Origin: Thermoplasmata archaeon
GTDB taxonomy: Archaea > Thermoplasmatota > Penumbrarchaeia > JAEHCK01
Reading direction: 5' to 3'
Assembly: GCA_020696345.1 (NCBI GenBank)
Contig: JAEHCK010000002.1
Coordinates: 6,057 to 70,056, forward strand
DNA: 64,000 nt
Numbering within the stretch: the stretch's first letter is position 1; each line of letters starts with the position of its first letter. Shown here in pieces: positions 30,251 to 40,510 of the stretch. The notes under the pieces were generated by a model. That model was given only the letters and a program-made list of their open reading frames with translations, searched no databases and was not told the origin of the DNA. The translations under genes were made by a program, and so were the position numbers.

Positions 30251-31210
30251 TCACTTCATTTTACTGCCAACAAGTACAAAATGCGCGATTAACGCCTCAA
30301 GCTGGATACGTTCATTGCTTCCCTCGACCAACCTGAATTCCACATTACCTATCTGGTCCACAAGTTCAACTTTGGTGATATCTGGGATATCGAGATTGAA
30401 CACTTCATGATGTATTTGTCGAATGATATCTTCACCCGAAAGGCCGTAGTTTATCAATAATTTATCCAAATGCTCCCTGGCCTTTAAAAAGTTGCTGGTA
30501 AGCGCCAAGTGCAACAACTCCTGAACATCTTCCGGGCGTGCCGTAGCAGAAGATTTGTATAAAATTTCATCGGTGATCTCAGAGCTCAGTACGGCACCGA
30601 CCTGAAGGGCATTGATTGCCTTTCGCATATCACCACGGGCTACATATAAAAGTGCGGTATATCCATCTTCCGTGATCTTCAGACCCTCTTGAACCGCTAT
30701 TTGCCCCATATATTTCTTAATGTCATCTTTGAGTAATGACCGAAATCTAAAAACTGCACATCTGGATTGTATAGGCTCGATGATCTTGCTACTGTAATTA
30801 CATGACAAGATAAATCTACAGGTACCTGAGTACCGTTCCATTGTACGGCGCAATGCTGCCTGTGCCTCGGGGGTTAGAGCGTCTGCCTCATCAAGGAAAA
30901 TGATCTTGAACTGCATTTTGCCTATGGGTTGTGTGCGGGCGAACTCCTTGATCTTTGTCCGCACAACGGTAATCCCGCGTTCATCAGAGGCGTTAAGTTC
31001 GTGAAAGTTCTGCAGCCACACCTCGCCATAAAATTCGTGTGCAAGTGCAAGCGCACTAGTGGTCTTGCCAGTACCCGGAGGACCTGCGAATAATAGATGG
31101 GGTAGATTGCCTGTGGATATATACGCTATAAGCCGTTCCGTGATTTCGGTCTGACCTACTATTTCGTCCAGTTTCTTTGGTCTGTATTTTTCTGCCCAGA
31201 TCGCTTTCAT
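30251..31210 (-). CDS. rfcS: Replication factor C small subunit
   Basis: WAEKYRP, GPPGTGKTT, ELNASDERGI, FLDEAD, AQAALRRTME, SRC. No intein. Confidence 0.97.
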   Translation of the reverse strand: MKAIWAEKYRPKKLDEIVGQTEITERLIAYISTGNLPHLLFAGPPGTGKTTSALALAHEFYGEVWLQNFHELNASDERGITVVRTKIKEFARTQPIGKMQFKIIFLDEADALTPEAQAALRRTMERYSGTCRFILSCNYSSKIIEPIQSRCAVFRFRSLLKDDIKKYMGQIAVQEGLKITEDGYTALLYVARGDMRKAINALQVGAVLSSEITDEILYKSSATARPEDVQELLHLALTSNFLKAREHLDKLLINYGLSGEDIIRQIHHEVFNLDIPDITKVELVDQIGNVEFRLVEGSNERIQLEALIAHFVLVGSKMK

Positions 31211-31629
31211 GCGCTCCCCTGTAAATTGGTAGTAAAATTGATTAATAACATTCTATTCTAAATAGTTTACCTAAGGGTGATTAAAAGTATAATTATATTT
31301 CAATTATAAAATAATATTGAGAAAATTTTATTAGTTTGAATTACATATCCATTTTTCCATTTAAATTAAGATTCAATTAAGAAATTAATATATTTCACAT
31401 CGGATCCCCCACGGTTCAAAATTAATTAATAAATACCCCTCGGTAATGGCGTTTAAGATTCGATTTCAAGTTCATAATGAAGGCGATCTATCTTCTTTCG
31501 TAATTAATAATAATTAAATACTACAAAATATTATCAATATTTATCAATAGTAGTAGAAAATATGGATATGAAATATCCAAACCTCGCTATAAAGCACTTA
31601 TTAAAAACCGCACAAGGGGAGGAGGTTAT

Positions 31630-34600
31630 TTGATGAGATTAAATTCAAGTGTGGGTAACACCCAGCTGAACATCCCTAAAAACTTTTCAATTGGACCTAG
31701 GAAGCAATGTAAGAACCAAAATAGCCTCATTGTGTGTAATGATCTTTCAAAGATTGATAAGCTTAGAAGACACAATCTCAATGGTATTCCGACCAAACAG
31801 GGTTTAACTAATTGTGCTGGTCTGACCAATGGCAGCGGCCTGACTAATGGAAATGGATTAACCAACGGCAGCGGCCTGACCAATGGTAACGGCCTTACTA
31901 ATGGAAATGGATTAACTAACGGCAACGGTTTGACCAACGGCAACGGCCTTACTAATGGAAATGGTCTTACACTCCGGCACATGATAATTCATAAACGAAG
32001 ACATAAAGAGTCAGTAAAACTGTTTAACCGCAGAAAAAGAATAATTAATGTGTTGGTTGCTATAATATTGATATTAATACCTATTGGCATCTATTTAATA
32101 GATTATCAAAATACTGATAGTGGAATAGTGATAGATGGAAATTTTCAGGACTGGAACGAAATAGAAGAGATCGATGATCGCGAAGATGACCAACTTTATC
32201 ACCCCAATATTAATATTGTTAAGTGTAAAATGGTTAAAAACGATAACAGGATTTCCTTTTTTATTAGAGTTAAAGGAAGGATATTAGAGGGTAGCCAGGC
32301 CGAAGAAGGCGAACCTTATACCGACACGGTTAGAATATTTATAGATAATGATGCAAATTCAAATACGGGGTATATGATCAATGGCTTGGGTGCGGATTAC
32401 TTAATAGAGATCCATGGTAAAGCCGGCCGGCCAATTTTTTCATCTCTGGCGAAATTTGATCCGCAATATGAAACAACAAAATATCGTAAACAGACCGATT
32501 GGAACGCATGGAAAATTATACAGACACCACAAGTTGCCGCCAGCACAAATCGACTTGAAACTCAAATAATACTGCCCGACATTAACAATAATAATGCATA
32601 TCCTAATTCTAAAGTGAATCAAGATCAGGTGTATGCATATGTCCAAGTGGCGGGTGCAAACGGTGATGAAGACTTTTCTGATTATATTATAAATAATATC
32701 CCGAATCGCTTGGTAGTAACCCAAAATAGCCTCGCACCTAACAATCTAACCGAGCATGTCTCCGAGGTACTGGAAGTGAAATTTGAAGCTATTGGGAAAG
32801 ATATTCAAGTAAATTCGATCTTCTTTACCCATGAAGGTGCGGGTAATTTAATAAGCGATTGGAAACCCACTATCATTAAAAAAGATACGATTTTAAAATA
32901 TATTGCACGATTAGATGTGAGCTCATCAAAAACCGCGGACTTTGCTAGTGTGCGAATAGATTCGCCAAATGATATCTTGTTGTCAGACAATGTGCCAATT
33001 ACACTCCATGGAACTGGTATGGCGGCTTACATACGTGCACCACCTAAAGAGATCATGATCGACGGTGCGTTCGGCGATTGGCAGGATATTGAGCCCGAAA
33101 CGGACATACTAAATGATGACTCGGTGAATGGCAATTCCAATATAGATATTACAGATTATTATAGCATTAAAATGAAAGATAAATTATCATTTTATTTAAA
33201 AGTTGATGGCACTATGATGAAGGGTTCGAAGATCCTGGCCTCACCATTTCTTCTACCCAAGTCAACACCAGACATAAAAATCAATATTGAAGAAATAAAA
33301 ACACATTCTGAGAATAGCTCCAATGTATTTTCAGAACTGCCTGAATTAATTGGTTTCGATATTGCATATATCTTCATAGATACCGATCGAAACCCGGTCA
33401 CGGGAAATACTTTGGACCTGCCAATTGGCGCCGAATATATGGTTAAAATATTGGGTCTGGATGGAAAAATAATAGCTCGCGAGTTATATAAATATGAACC
33501 ATCGGAAAGTGCCGATCATGATTGGGAGAAATTGGAGGAAGTGAAAGTATTTGCGGCTACAGATGCCAAACAACTTGAAGCACAAATTTCAACTGAAACG
33601 TTTATGGATCTTTCATCTTCGATCGAGGACATTAACGTGTATTTTATAATGACGGACTGGCAAAAAAACAAGGATGAGACGACGAGCCTTCAAGTGACCA
33701 AAAACATTCCGAATGAGGCCGAATGGTTAGCATCATGGTTATCCGATCAAGATACAAACAAAATTGATACTCTTGAAGGTACAAGAGGTTGGCCTTCAAC
33801 AACTTTAGATAGCATAGGTACTGTGGGATTGCACACATCAATTGTGCTTGATAATAGTAATGATCCACATATTTGTTACTATAATTCTTCCGACAGTGCA
33901 TTAAAATATGTTTATTGGGACGCTGGGCCCATGAAATGGAGCAATACAACTGTTGATGGAAATGGCATGACATACGATGTTGGAATGTACGCATCTATGG
34001 CATTAGACGGTGCCAATAATCCGCATATCAGCTATTATAATGTTACTGGCACTAGTTTGAAATATGCTCATTGGGACCCTGGGCTGATGAAATGGATCAT
34101 TGAAACTATCGATGGTGCGGGTGTGAACGATGTTGGAATGTACACATCTATAGCAATGGACAATGTAGATATGCCACATATCAGCTATTATAATTCTACC
34201 AAGAATACTTTGAAATATGCATATAATAACAGCGGGGTTTGGAGCGTTGAAACTGTAGATGGTGGTGCAGGTGCGGGTGGGGACGATGTTGGAAAGTACA
34301 CATCTATAGCATTAGACATCTTAAATATGCCACATATCAGCTATTATAATGTATCTAGCGCAGCTTTGTTATATGCATATAATAACAGCGGGATTTGGAG
34401 CTTTGATACTGTAGACGACAATGGTTACAATGTGGGTATGTACACATCAATAGCATTAGACGGCAGCAATAAGCCACATATCAGCTATTATAACGTAAGT
34501 GATACAGCTTTGAAATATGCCAACAATATCACAGGGACATGGAGCAATGAAACTATAGATGGAAATGGCACGACATACAATGTTGGAATGTACACATCCA

Positions 34601-34929
34601 TAGGCTTTGACCAAGGAGGTATTTTACCATTTATTAGCTATTATAATGTAACCGGCGGCGATCTACAATGTGCGATTAATAACCTTATAAGTTGGTCCAT
34701 AACAACTGTTGATACCGGGGGTGATGTTGGACAATACACATCTATTGACATTGATGGCTCTAACATTCATATAAGTTATTTTGATGTAACAAATGGAGAT
34801 CTTAAGTATTGTAACAATATTCCTGAGTATCAAACACTTGTTCTTCCAATATTTATATTCTTGATTTTCATTGCAACGTTTTGGTCTAAAAAGAGATCTG
34901 GATCCAGATCCAGTAAGGGGGTGATTTAA
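31630..34929 (+). CDS. Surface protein with N-terminal GLTNG(N/S) repeats, TM, two IDG.F.DW sugar-binding-like domains, beta-propeller and PEF-CTERM-like tail
   Basis: 9 GLTNxx hexapeptides. IDGNFQDW and IDGAFGDW. ~7 VGMYTSIALD..PHISYYN..LKYA repeats. C-terminal IPEY + TM + KKRS. Confidence 0.85.
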   Translation: MMRLNSSVGNTQLNIPKNFSIGPRKQCKNQNSLIVCNDLSKIDKLRRHNLNGIPTKQGLTNCAGLTNGSGLTNGNGLTNGSGLTNGNGLTNGNGLTNGNGLTNGNGLTNGNGLTLRHMIIHKRRHKESVKLFNRRKRIINVLVAIILILIPIGIYLIDYQNTDSGIVIDGNFQDWNEIEEIDDREDDQLYHPNINIVKCKMVKNDNRISFFIRVKGRILEGSQAEEGEPYTDTVRIFIDNDANSNTGYMINGLGADYLIEIHGKAGRPIFSSLAKFDPQYETTKYRKQTDWNAWKIIQTPQVAASTNRLETQIILPDINNNNAYPNSKVNQDQVYAYVQVAGANGDEDFSDYIINNIPNRLVVTQNSLAPNNLTEHVSEVLEVKFEAIGKDIQVNSIFFTHEGAGNLISDWKPTIIKKDTILKYIARLDVSSSKTADFASVRIDSPNDILLSDNVPITLHGTGMAAYIRAPPKEIMIDGAFGDWQDIEPETDILNDDSVNGNSNIDITDYYSIKMKDKLSFYLKVDGTMMKGSKILASPFLLPKSTPDIKINIEEIKTHSENSSNVFSELPELIGFDIAYIFIDTDRNPVTGNTLDLPIGAEYMVKILGLDGKIIARELYKYEPSESADHDWEKLEEVKVFAATDAKQLEAQISTETFMDLSSSIEDINVYFIMTDWQKNKDETTSLQVTKNIPNEAEWLASWLSDQDTNKIDTLEGTRGWPSTTLDSIGTVGLHTSIVLDNSNDPHICYYNSSDSALKYVYWDAGPMKWSNTTVDGNGMTYDVGMYASMALDGANNPHISYYNVTGTSLKYAHWDPGLMKWIIETIDGAGVNDVGMYTSIAMDNVDMPHISYYNSTKNTLKYAYNNSGVWSVETVDGGAGAGGDDVGKYTSIALDILNMPHISYYNVSSAALLYAYNNSGIWSFDTVDDNGYNVGMYTSIALDGSNKPHISYYNVSDTALKYANNITGTWSNETIDGNGTTYNVGMYTSIGFDQGGILPFISYYNVTGGDLQCAINNLISWSITTVDTGGDVGQYTSIDIDGSNIHISYFDVTNGDLKYCNNIPEYQTLVLPIFIFLIFIATFWSKKRSGSRSSKGVI

Positions 34930-34930
34930 T

Positions 34931-36712
34931 ATGACTAAAATATTATTCCGTAATAAAATATTTATCATTTGCTTCGCTTTATATCTCACTTTTATTCTGT
35001 TATCCATGGTTCCGTATATTGCCGAACATGAGATAAGTAGAGGTAAGATCACCGCTGGCGTATATGAATCACATTTGGTATTCCCCGAAGATGGCCAATA
35101 CGGTCATTACGAAAGTGTGATCTTGAAAGACAAGGCAAAGACTGGAAAGATCGATCTGAGGTATGTATACGAAACCCATACCTTACATGTGGATAATGTA
35201 GAGAACATTAAGGAACTGGTAATTGATTCGCAATTGATGTATCAAAATAAATATAAGGAAGTGCTTGGAAGCAATCCAGCTTTTTCGAATCCTGATTATT
35301 ATAAAACTTATTTTGAAGAAACAAATAACGGCGAATTTACGGTTATTATAGATACGGACACGCCCATGGATAAGCTACAAATTCTCGATGTGCCGCTACC
35401 CAACAAGGTTTTAGTTAATTATCTGGCCATTGAAGAGGATTGGTGGAATAATCAGACCCAGTACTATACAAAATTTGGAAATGACATTGTAATAGATTAT
35501 ATTCCCGAAGGAAGTACGACCGTTAGCTTTTATTTCCAAAAAGAAGGAATGGGTAAGAATCCCAATGCTTATTTTACAGCGAGCAAATATGTGGCCCTTG
35601 CTAACGAAGATATATCTTTCAATGCCACAGGGTCCTTTGATGAAGAGGGGTATATCGTGGATTTTATCTGGGACTGGGGCGATGGTGTTAAAGTATCAGG
35701 TAAAATTATGAAATACTCTTATTCGAAATTGGGTAATTATATAGTTACCCTAACAGTGCGAGATAATGATAATCTGGGAGATACTTTTTCAAGAAACATA
35801 TCGATAGTCCAATCAGATACCGATACGGATGGTGATGGAGTACCTGATCTTACAGACCCTAATCCGGAGATCAAATTGGATACAGATGGCGACGGGTTAT
35901 ATGATGACTTTGAAACTGTGATAAGTAAATCGGATGTAAATAAAAAAGATACGGACAATGATGGGTGGGATGATGATATTGAATATGAAAAAGGAACCGA
36001 CCCAAACAATCGAAAAAGTTATCCAGCAGAAAAAAAAGACCCTGGCCAAGATGGTTTAGACGCTGCGGCCATAACTAGTCTTGGTGCCATTGCTGCGATC
36101 GTTATAATTTTGATAATAATTATTTTACTACTTTTGAAAAAGCGGAAGAAAGGTGAAGGATCAGAAGAAGAAGAAATTCCAACAAAAAAGCCTTCAGACC
36201 AACAATTAGATCACGGCGCAGCACCTAAAACGCATTACACTCACACGGTGCCGGAGGCGCCAGAGACAATGACTCTTGAGAGGAAATTACACGTTAAACA
36301 ACCGTCATTATCACCTTCACCCGTAATGCATCCGACCACCAAACCATCAACTACCACACCGCATGTATTTTTACCGCCCGAAGATGACAGCGGGGAGGTT
36401 CCAAATACCCAATTTAATCAACTTGGTTATTTATCAGATGTGAAAAAACCCGAAAAAACAGGGGCGGTTAAAGAGCCAGCCATTATGAAACCCAGTAAAA
36501 TAAAAGGAATTAAATCTAAGAGGAACCCCAAAGAAGATACGATCCAACTATATATCTTAATGATCGGTATTAACAAACCAGTAGCCACAGCAATATATGA
36601 TGCAGGTTACACCTCATTATTGAAACTTGAAAAAGCAAATGAAAAGGATGTAATGAAAATAAAAGGCATTGGCCCTAAAATTGCTAAGCAAATCAAAAAA
36701 ACATTTAAGTAA
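34931..36712 (+). CDS. Membrane protein with PKD domain, DxDxDG repeats, TM and cytoplasmic helix-hairpin-helix domain
   Basis: FIWDWGDG...Y..LGNYIVTLTVRDND; DTDGDG repeats; TM; C-terminal YDAGYTSL...KIKGIGPKIAKQI. Confidence 0.85.
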   Translation: MTKILFRNKIFIICFALYLTFILLSMVPYIAEHEISRGKITAGVYESHLVFPEDGQYGHYESVILKDKAKTGKIDLRYVYETHTLHVDNVENIKELVIDSQLMYQNKYKEVLGSNPAFSNPDYYKTYFEETNNGEFTVIIDTDTPMDKLQILDVPLPNKVLVNYLAIEEDWWNNQTQYYTKFGNDIVIDYIPEGSTTVSFYFQKEGMGKNPNAYFTASKYVALANEDISFNATGSFDEEGYIVDFIWDWGDGVKVSGKIMKYSYSKLGNYIVTLTVRDNDNLGDTFSRNISIVQSDTDTDGDGVPDLTDPNPEIKLDTDGDGLYDDFETVISKSDVNKKDTDNDGWDDDIEYEKGTDPNNRKSYPAEKKDPGQDGLDAAAITSLGAIAAIVIILIIIILLLLKKRKKGEGSEEEEIPTKKPSDQQLDHGAAPKTHYTHTVPEAPETMTLERKLHVKQPSLSPSPVMHPTTKPSTTTPHVFLPPEDDSGEVPNTQFNQLGYLSDVKKPEKTGAVKEPAIMKPSKIKGIKSKRNPKEDTIQLYILMIGINKPVATAIYDAGYTSLLKLEKANEKDVMKIKGIGPKIAKQIKKTFK

Positions 36713-36788
36713 TAAATTAAACAAATGGTTTTAGCATTGAATAATTCAAAATCACATGAGCTTGGTTTTTGTTTTTAGAGGAATCAGA

Positions 36789-37706
36789 TTGGATTATGAC
36801 TTGGGAATAATTGGTGCAGGTCCGGCCGGCCTTTCTGCGGCCATTTATGGCAAGCGCGCCGGGCTGGAAGTGGTGATATTAGACAAGTCTTTTGGTGGCG
36901 GGACGGTTACGATCAACCCCGTGATCGAGAACTATTTGGGATTTGATAGTATCACTGGTGCGGAGCTGGCTGCACGTATGCGTGACCACGCCGAGAAATA
37001 TGTAAAGATAAACATGAGTGAACACGTTACTCAACTAGAGGTGATTAATGACCGAATAAAAATAACAACCGATAAAGCTACATACAGGGTTGGTGCGGTC
37101 GTAATCGCAACAGGCTCAGAATATCGCCGGTTAAATGTAAGGGGCGAAGGTAAGTTCCTTGGTCGTGGTGTTTCGTATTGTGCTACATGTGACGGGCCGT
37201 TCTTTAAAAATAAGCGTGTTGCAGTGGTAGGTGGCGGGAACAGTGCGGCAGTTGAAGCGCTTTACCTCAAGGGTTTGACAGATGATCTCTTTTTAATACA
37301 TCGTCGCGACCAACTACGCGCTGAAGATATATATGTTAACCAGCTCAAGAAAAATAATATTGATATAATTTTTAGTTCAACGGTGGAAGAGATTTATGGT
37401 GATGAGGTATTAAAAGGTGTGAAATTACATAATAACAGTGATGATAAAATGTCCGAGCTTGCGTTGGATGGGATTTTTATTTCAATCGGAAACATGCCCC
37501 AGTCTGAGATCGTAAAGATCCTCGGTGTTGAACTGGATAAAAGTGGATATATTAAGGTTAATAATAAAATGATGACAAATATTAACCGTATATTTGCCGT
37601 TGGTGATGTTATCGGCGGTATACGGCAGATCTCAACTTCAGTTGCCGAGGGGGCCACGGCCGCACTTAATAGTCTGGAGTTATTAGGTAGAAAATATCCG
37701 TTTTAA
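36789..37706 (+). CDS. trxB: Thioredoxin-disulfide reductase
   Basis: GAGPAG, GVSYCATCDG, GGGNSA, IHRRD, FAVGD. TTG start after AGAGG. Confidence 0.93.
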   Translation: MDYDLGIIGAGPAGLSAAIYGKRAGLEVVILDKSFGGGTVTINPVIENYLGFDSITGAELAARMRDHAEKYVKINMSEHVTQLEVINDRIKITTDKATYRVGAVVIATGSEYRRLNVRGEGKFLGRGVSYCATCDGPFFKNKRVAVVGGGNSAAVEALYLKGLTDDLFLIHRRDQLRAEDIYVNQLKKNNIDIIFSSTVEEIYGDEVLKGVKLHNNSDDKMSELALDGIFISIGNMPQSEIVKILGVELDKSGYIKVNNKMMTNINRIFAVGDVIGGIRQISTSVAEGATAALNSLELLGRKYPF

Positions 37707-37715
37707 TGATCACGA

Positions 37716-38537
37716 TCATTCATATAAGTCCACGCCAATGGTCTTCAATCCGATCTTTGGAATTTTCGGAAACTTTCTTTTATGCCGATTTCTTTCCACG
37801 CGTGTTTTGAGATTGACTATTTTTTTTTCTTTTAAGCCTAATCCTTTTGCCAGCCTTGATGTAGAAATGTTTCGTTCCAAACCGAACAATATTTTATCGA
37901 TCGTCCCGTAATCCAATCCAAGTTCGCCCTCGTCCGTCTGACCCTGGACCAGTCCGGCAGTGGGCGGTTTTGAAATTATGCTGTCAGGCATCTCCAGCAA
38001 TCGAGCAAGTTCTCTGACCTGAGTTTTATAAAGGTCGCCAAGCGGTGCAACATCGGACCCGCCATCACCAAATTTCGTGAAATATCCCAGGAGCAGTTCA
38101 CTTTTATTACTGGTACCCAATACCAACTGGTTTTTGGTATTTGCTAGTAAATAAATAATATTCATTCTGATCCGAGCTTTTAGATTACCGATCGATGTCG
38201 GGTCCGGTTCTATGACCATAGCTTCTTCAATGAACGATTGCAGAATTTGGTCGATCCCAATTTCAACTAATCCAACACCGCACTCTTTGGCGATCGAATG
38301 TGCATCAAACGTGTCTTGGTCTGGCGTTGTGCTCTCAGGTAAAAACAATGCAGTGATCTTGTCAGGTTCAAATAGTAGTGTGCATATCTTCAAAACCACC
38401 GCCGAATCCAGGCCGCCGCTTAAACCAAATACTACACCATCCGCACCCGCATCATCGACCTTGTTTTTAATATACCGTTTGATAATTTCCAAGTTGTCTT
38501 TACTGAATTTGACCTCATAACCCATGAACATTACCAC
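37716..38537 (-). CDS. nadE: NH3-dependent NAD+ synthetase
   Basis: GLSGGLDS, GNLKARIRM, GTSNKSELLLGYFTKFGDG, DLYKTQV, KPPTAGL, QTDEGELG. Confidence 0.96.
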   Translation of the reverse strand: MVMFMGYEVKFSKDNLEIIKRYIKNKVDDAGADGVVFGLSGGLDSAVVLKICTLLFEPDKITALFLPESTTPDQDTFDAHSIAKECGVGLVEIGIDQILQSFIEEAMVIEPDPTSIGNLKARIRMNIIYLLANTKNQLVLGTSNKSELLLGYFTKFGDGGSDVAPLGDLYKTQVRELARLLEMPDSIISKPPTAGLVQGQTDEGELGLDYGTIDKILFGLERNISTSRLAKGLGLKEKKIVNLKTRVERNRHKRKFPKIPKIGLKTIGVDLYE

Positions 38538-38628
38538 GATTACAGATTATTAGATGCCTATTTATTTATAATAATATTAACTTAATCCCCTTAAGTATAT
38601 CCCAATTAATAAAGTTGGTGAAAAAAGT

Positions 38629-39447
38629 ATGAAACTCTCGCTGCCGCAAAGGTTCCATAAATACTACGATAAGAAGAATAATTTTGAAATAATAAAAAAC
38701 GAACTTGATCGAACTGAGGCAGATCTAACAGTATTCCCTGAATTATTCCTGACTGGCTACAGTGTAAGGGACAAGATCTCCGAACTGGCAGAACCAATTA
38801 CTAGTGAGTTGATCGTTGAGCTCTCAGAATTGGCCGAGAAACGCAAACGTGCCTTGGTTTTCGGCATGCCGGAGCGTGATACTGTCCAGAAAGGACGGAT
38901 ATTCAATACCGCGGTATTCATAGATAAGCAGGGCACGGTAGGTCAATATCGCAAATTCTTCATGGTCAATTTTGGTCCATTCGAAGAAAAGAGATATTTT
39001 CACGAGGGCAACCTGTTGCCGATCTTCGAGGTCGATGATGTAAAGATCGGATTAATAATATGTTATGATATCTTTTTCCCGGAATTGTCAAAGGCCTATG
39101 CACTTAGGGGAGTAGATCTTATCATTTGTATATCTGCAGGCCCCACCACAAGCAGACCGTTTTTCGAGATCATGATCCCCGCACGCGCCGTGGAGAGTAC
39201 TGTATTCTTTGCGTATTCGAACCTGATCGGCCCTGAAAAGAATTTGACATTCTTCGGTGGTAACACGGTGATCGACCCGCGCGGGAAGGGACTAGCCAAG
39301 GGTGAATATTTCAAAGAGGCCGAGGTGGAGGCCGAGATCGATGTCGAGAGCCTGGATTTTGTCAGGTCACAACGGCCAACACTGCGCGATACGCGAGGTG
39401 AACTGTTTGAGTCTGTTAGGGATATGTTAAAGCCGAAGACAGATTGA
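38629..39447 (+). CDS. Carbon-nitrogen hydrolase (nitrilase family)
   Basis: Catalytic E-K-C in VFPELFLTGY, YRK, IICYDIFFPE. Confidence 0.92.
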   Translation: MKLSLPQRFHKYYDKKNNFEIIKNELDRTEADLTVFPELFLTGYSVRDKISELAEPITSELIVELSELAEKRKRALVFGMPERDTVQKGRIFNTAVFIDKQGTVGQYRKFFMVNFGPFEEKRYFHEGNLLPIFEVDDVKIGLIICYDIFFPELSKAYALRGVDLIICISAGPTTSRPFFEIMIPARAVESTVFFAYSNLIGPEKNLTFFGGNTVIDPRGKGLAKGEYFKEAEVEAEIDVESLDFVRSQRPTLRDTRGELFESVRDMLKPKTD

Positions 39448-39526
39448 TTGTGATTATAGATTGTTAATTTAGGTATGAGGTTTGAGTACACTACGATCTT
39501 TTTCTAAAGTCAATCGTTTGAGGTTT

Positions 39527-39626
39527 GAGTACACTCATCCCTAGGGATGTGGGATGTGGAACGATGTTTGTTTGATTCAAAGTGTGGGATTAGAGTAGAT
39601 TAAATGTTGCTCTGCTCGCTTGAGGT
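39527..39626. repeat. Dispersed 100-nt element, copy A
   Basis: 96/100 identical to 53401..53500 by eye. Confidence 0.9.
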
Positions 39627-39742
39627 GAGAGGAGAAAGGAAAGAGGGCAGAGGAAAGAGGGTCAAGATATTATTGATAAAACCCACTTCCCACTAACGCT
39701 TAAAATCATGATCGCTGAGAAGTGTCCTCTACCCACTTTCCT
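39627..39742. repeat. Dispersed palindromic element with purine-rich and pyrimidine-rich arms, copy A
   Basis: gaggagaaaggaaagaggg...aaaacccactt...atcgctgagaagtgtcctct.cccactttcct; second copy at 41176..41294. Confidence 0.85.
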
Positions 39743-39831
39743 TAAGATATGAGATATCGATTAACGACCATAAACTCTAAATCACAAAATCCATATTCAC
39801 ATCACTCTAAACTTAAAAACTAATCCGATGC

Positions 39832-39903
39832 GGCCCCGTAGTGTAGCGGTTAGCATAAGAGACTCTGGATCTCTTGGCACCAGTTCAAATCTGGTCGGGG
39901 CTA
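39832..39903 (+). tRNA. tRNA-Gln(CTG)
   Basis: Acceptor GGCCCCG/CGGGGCT; anticodon arm AGAGA-CTCTGGA-TCTCT; T-arm ACCAG-TTCAAAT-CTGGT; T-tract follows. Confidence 0.95.
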
Positions 39904-39945
39904 CTCATTTTTTTGGATTTGTTTTTGTTGAGGAAAAAAATGAGT

Positions 39946-40330
39946 AATCACCAATAACCATGTTCCAATAACCAAATAAGCTCCAATCATCAAAAATTCA
40001 ATGAATCAAACAACAATTGATCCGTGTTTGGTTATTCAGTCATTGGTTACTGGTTATTATTTGGTGATTGTTGGTTGGTTATTGGTTATTGCAATTAGCA
40101 ATATTATATCATAAAACAAGATCTCTTCAACAAAAAAAATATAAGGGACTTTCTCGATTGCCCCAACTATTCGTTGGAAAATGATTAATGCAATCACCAA
40201 ATTCCAATGACCAAATAAACACCAATTTTCAACAACTCAATGATCCAAACAATAATCCATCCGTGTTTAAGTAATTCTGTCATTGGTTATTGATTATTAT
40301 TTGGTGATTGTTGGTTGGTTATTGGTCATT
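39946..40330. repeat. Two copies of a ~140-nt palindromic (ACCAATA/TATTGGT)-periodic element
   Basis: 39946-40090 and 40192-40330. Both start aatcaccaa and end ttattatttggtgattgttggttggttattggt(t/c)att. Confidence 0.9.
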
Positions 40331-40376
40331 CCAATAAGCAAAGCTAATAGTAATGAATGCAATAATAAGCAATGGC

Positions 40377-40510
40377 GCTCCCGTAGTGTAGACCGGTCAA
40401 TCATTTTGGCCTCTCGAGGCCTTTCTTTTGCCTGGCAAAAGAAACCCCTGGGAAAGAAAACCAGGAGCCATTGATAGCCAAGGACTCGGGTTCGAATCCC
40501 GACGGGAGCA
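40377..40510 (+). tRNA. tRNA-Glu(CTC) with 59-nt intron at 37/38 (40417-40475)
   Basis: Acceptor GCTCCCG/CGGGAGC; TTGGC-CT-CTC-G|intron|A-GCCAA; T-arm TCGGG-TTCGAAT-CCCGA. Confidence 0.92.

Noticed and set aside
30251-31210. Intein in RFC small subunit
   Set aside because: The ORF is a normal 319 aa with contiguous motifs.
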